A stretch of 63,791 nucleotides of DNA, counting the filler, from Octopus bimaculoides (Eukaryota), in NCBI RefSeq assembly GCF_001194135.2. It is 6 parts of 5 records of this genome, joined end to end, with 100 filler letters (N's around TTAATTAATTAA, not from the genome) between each part and the next. Parts side by side here need not be neighbours in the genome. Positions count along the whole stretch, not along the records: positions 60,220 to 63,791 come from NC_068999.1; 5 more parts are not named here. One strand, written 5' to 3'. How positions within the stretch are numbered: position 1 is the stretch's first letter; every line of letters begins with the position of its first letter. The notes beneath the pieces are model-generated. The model was not told the DNA's origin. It saw nothing but the letters and a program-made list of their open reading frames with translations, and ran no database searches. Position numbers and translations under genes: made by a program. This document shows positions 62,210-63,791 of the stretch, piece by piece.

Positions 62210-62910
62210 CGAGTAAAGCCGCGAGGTATCAGGATCGTTATCATGCCGGGTAAAATGTTTCGCCTTTACGTTCTGAGTTCAAATTCTGCCAAAGTCTTTA
62301 CGTTCTGAGTTCAAATTCTGCCAAAGTCTTTACGTTCTGAGTTCAAATTCTGCCAAAGTCTTTACATTCTGAGTTCAAATTCTGCCAAAGTCTTTACGTT
62401 CTGAGATCAAATTCTGCCAAAGTCTTTACGTTCTGAGATCAAATTCTGCCAAAGTCTTTACGTTCTGAGTTCAAATCCTGCCAAAGTCTTTACGTTCTGA
62501 GTTCAAATTCTGCCAAAGTCTTTACGTTCTGAGTTCAAATCCTGCCAAAGTCTTTACGTTCTGAGTTCAAATTCTGCCAAAANNNNNNNNNNNNNNNNNN
62601 NNNNNNNNNNNNNNNNNNNNNNTTCAAATTCTGCCAAAGTCTTTACGTTCTGAGATCAAATTCTGCCAAAGTCTTTACGTTCTGAGATCAAATTCTGCCA
62701 AAGTCTTTACGTTCTGAGTTCAAATCCTGCCAAAGTCTTTACGTTCTGAGTTCAAATTCTGCCAAAATCTTTACGTTCTGAATTCAAATTCCACCAAAGT
62801 CGACTTTACACTTCATCCTTTACTGGTCGATAAAATAAGTACTGAGGTTGATGGAATCGATTTACTCCTTACCGATCTTGATGGCTTTGTGCCAAAATTT
62901 GAAACCATTA
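62210..62910 (+). mobile_element. SINE family B copy containing an internal minisatellite
   Basis: Degenerate B head before 62264; B core and tail (gtcgactttacacttcatcc...gtgccaaaatttgaaacc) after 62800. Confidence 0.8.
62264..62800. repeat. 32-bp minisatellite, at least 15 units
   Basis: Unit ctttacgttctgagttcaaattctgccaaagt; 10 units from 62264, a 40-N gap, a partial unit and 5 units from 62641. Confidence 0.97.
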
Positions 62911-63791
62911 TTATTATAAACCAAAGAGTTTAAAAATTAAATAGTTACTAAAACAAAAGCATGTATACCGGTTTGGTGTCTTGCAAACAAAGAAATCGAA
63001 CACATTACACAAAGTTTTCTTCTTAGCTACAACTGCATTTGAGAATATTTAATACCTGCACATTTGCATAAAGTAGCATTGAGCAAGTTTTTCTTTGCTA
63101 AACCATAATACACACACATACATACGCGTGTACGTATGTATATATGGATGAATAGATATGTATGTGTTCATGTATATGTGTGTGTATAGATATGCGTATG
63201 AATTTGTGTGGTCATAAAATGTTTACAGTGCCAGTATGCATATATGCTTATGTAACTTACGTATGTACGATCCATACAAACACACACACATATTTATTTG
63301 AATGTATATAAAAGGTATATATACGTGTGTCTGTGTGTGTATGTGTGTGTGTAAGTATGTATGTGTGTTTATATATATATTTACATATGTGTATGTGTGT
63401 GTGTTTGTGTGTGGGTGTGTGTACACATATATATGAAACTGAGGTAAGAGAAATAAATCAGTGACCAGTGGCAAATATTTAAAAATACACACACATACAT
63501 ACATGCATACATACATACATACATATATATATACATATACACACGCACACAAAAACACATGTATATATGCATATATACATACACACACATATATATGGAT
63601 AGACATACATATACATACACATACATACACACACATATACACATGAAATATATGTATATTTATATATATATACATATATATGTATATATATATATAGGAG
63701 AGTATATACAGGCATATATATGGGTAGACTTTTAATTCATACGTAAGGTTATCTAAGAAGTACATTTACGGCTTTTTGCAATATCTTCAAT

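Noticed and set aside
62264-62800. CRISPR-like regular 32-bp repeats
   Set aside because: Units are contiguous with no unique spacers, derive from a SINE, and the context is eukaryotic with no cas genes.

Overview
Repeat-rich, AT-rich animal genomic DNA from a gapped short-read draft assembly. The extreme microsatellite load and tRNA-headed SINE families suggest an octopus-like cephalopod (inference, not verified). Nearly all ORFs in the supplied track are microsatellite or N-gap artefacts. The one convincing host coding segment is a minus-strand first exon at 12234-12363 (MEPVLDLSVKK...YKKNLLKRY) with a strong start context, a perfect GTAAGT donor and an upstream TATA-like box. It carries a CtBP-type VLDLS motif and probably belongs to a transcriptional regulator; no DNA-binding exon was found in the window, but a nearby terminal-exon candidate would give a 79-aa protein. 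Mobile DNA includes at least four SINE families, RTE LINE pieces, two Penelope-like remnants (one internally inverted), a Ty3/Gypsy gag fragment, a probable non-autonomous Helitron and a fold-back MITE. The most unusual structures are three GGATC-ended elements at 28.4-31.5 kb (the two complete ones with 8-bp TSDs and telomeric TTAGGG cores) and a 32-bp minisatellite amplified from a SINE B-box region at 62.3-62.8 kb. The 49.8-60.1 kb block is strongly CpG-depleted and exactly bracketed by artificial TTAATTAATTAA gap spacers. Repeat edges are approximate unless TSDs are quoted.
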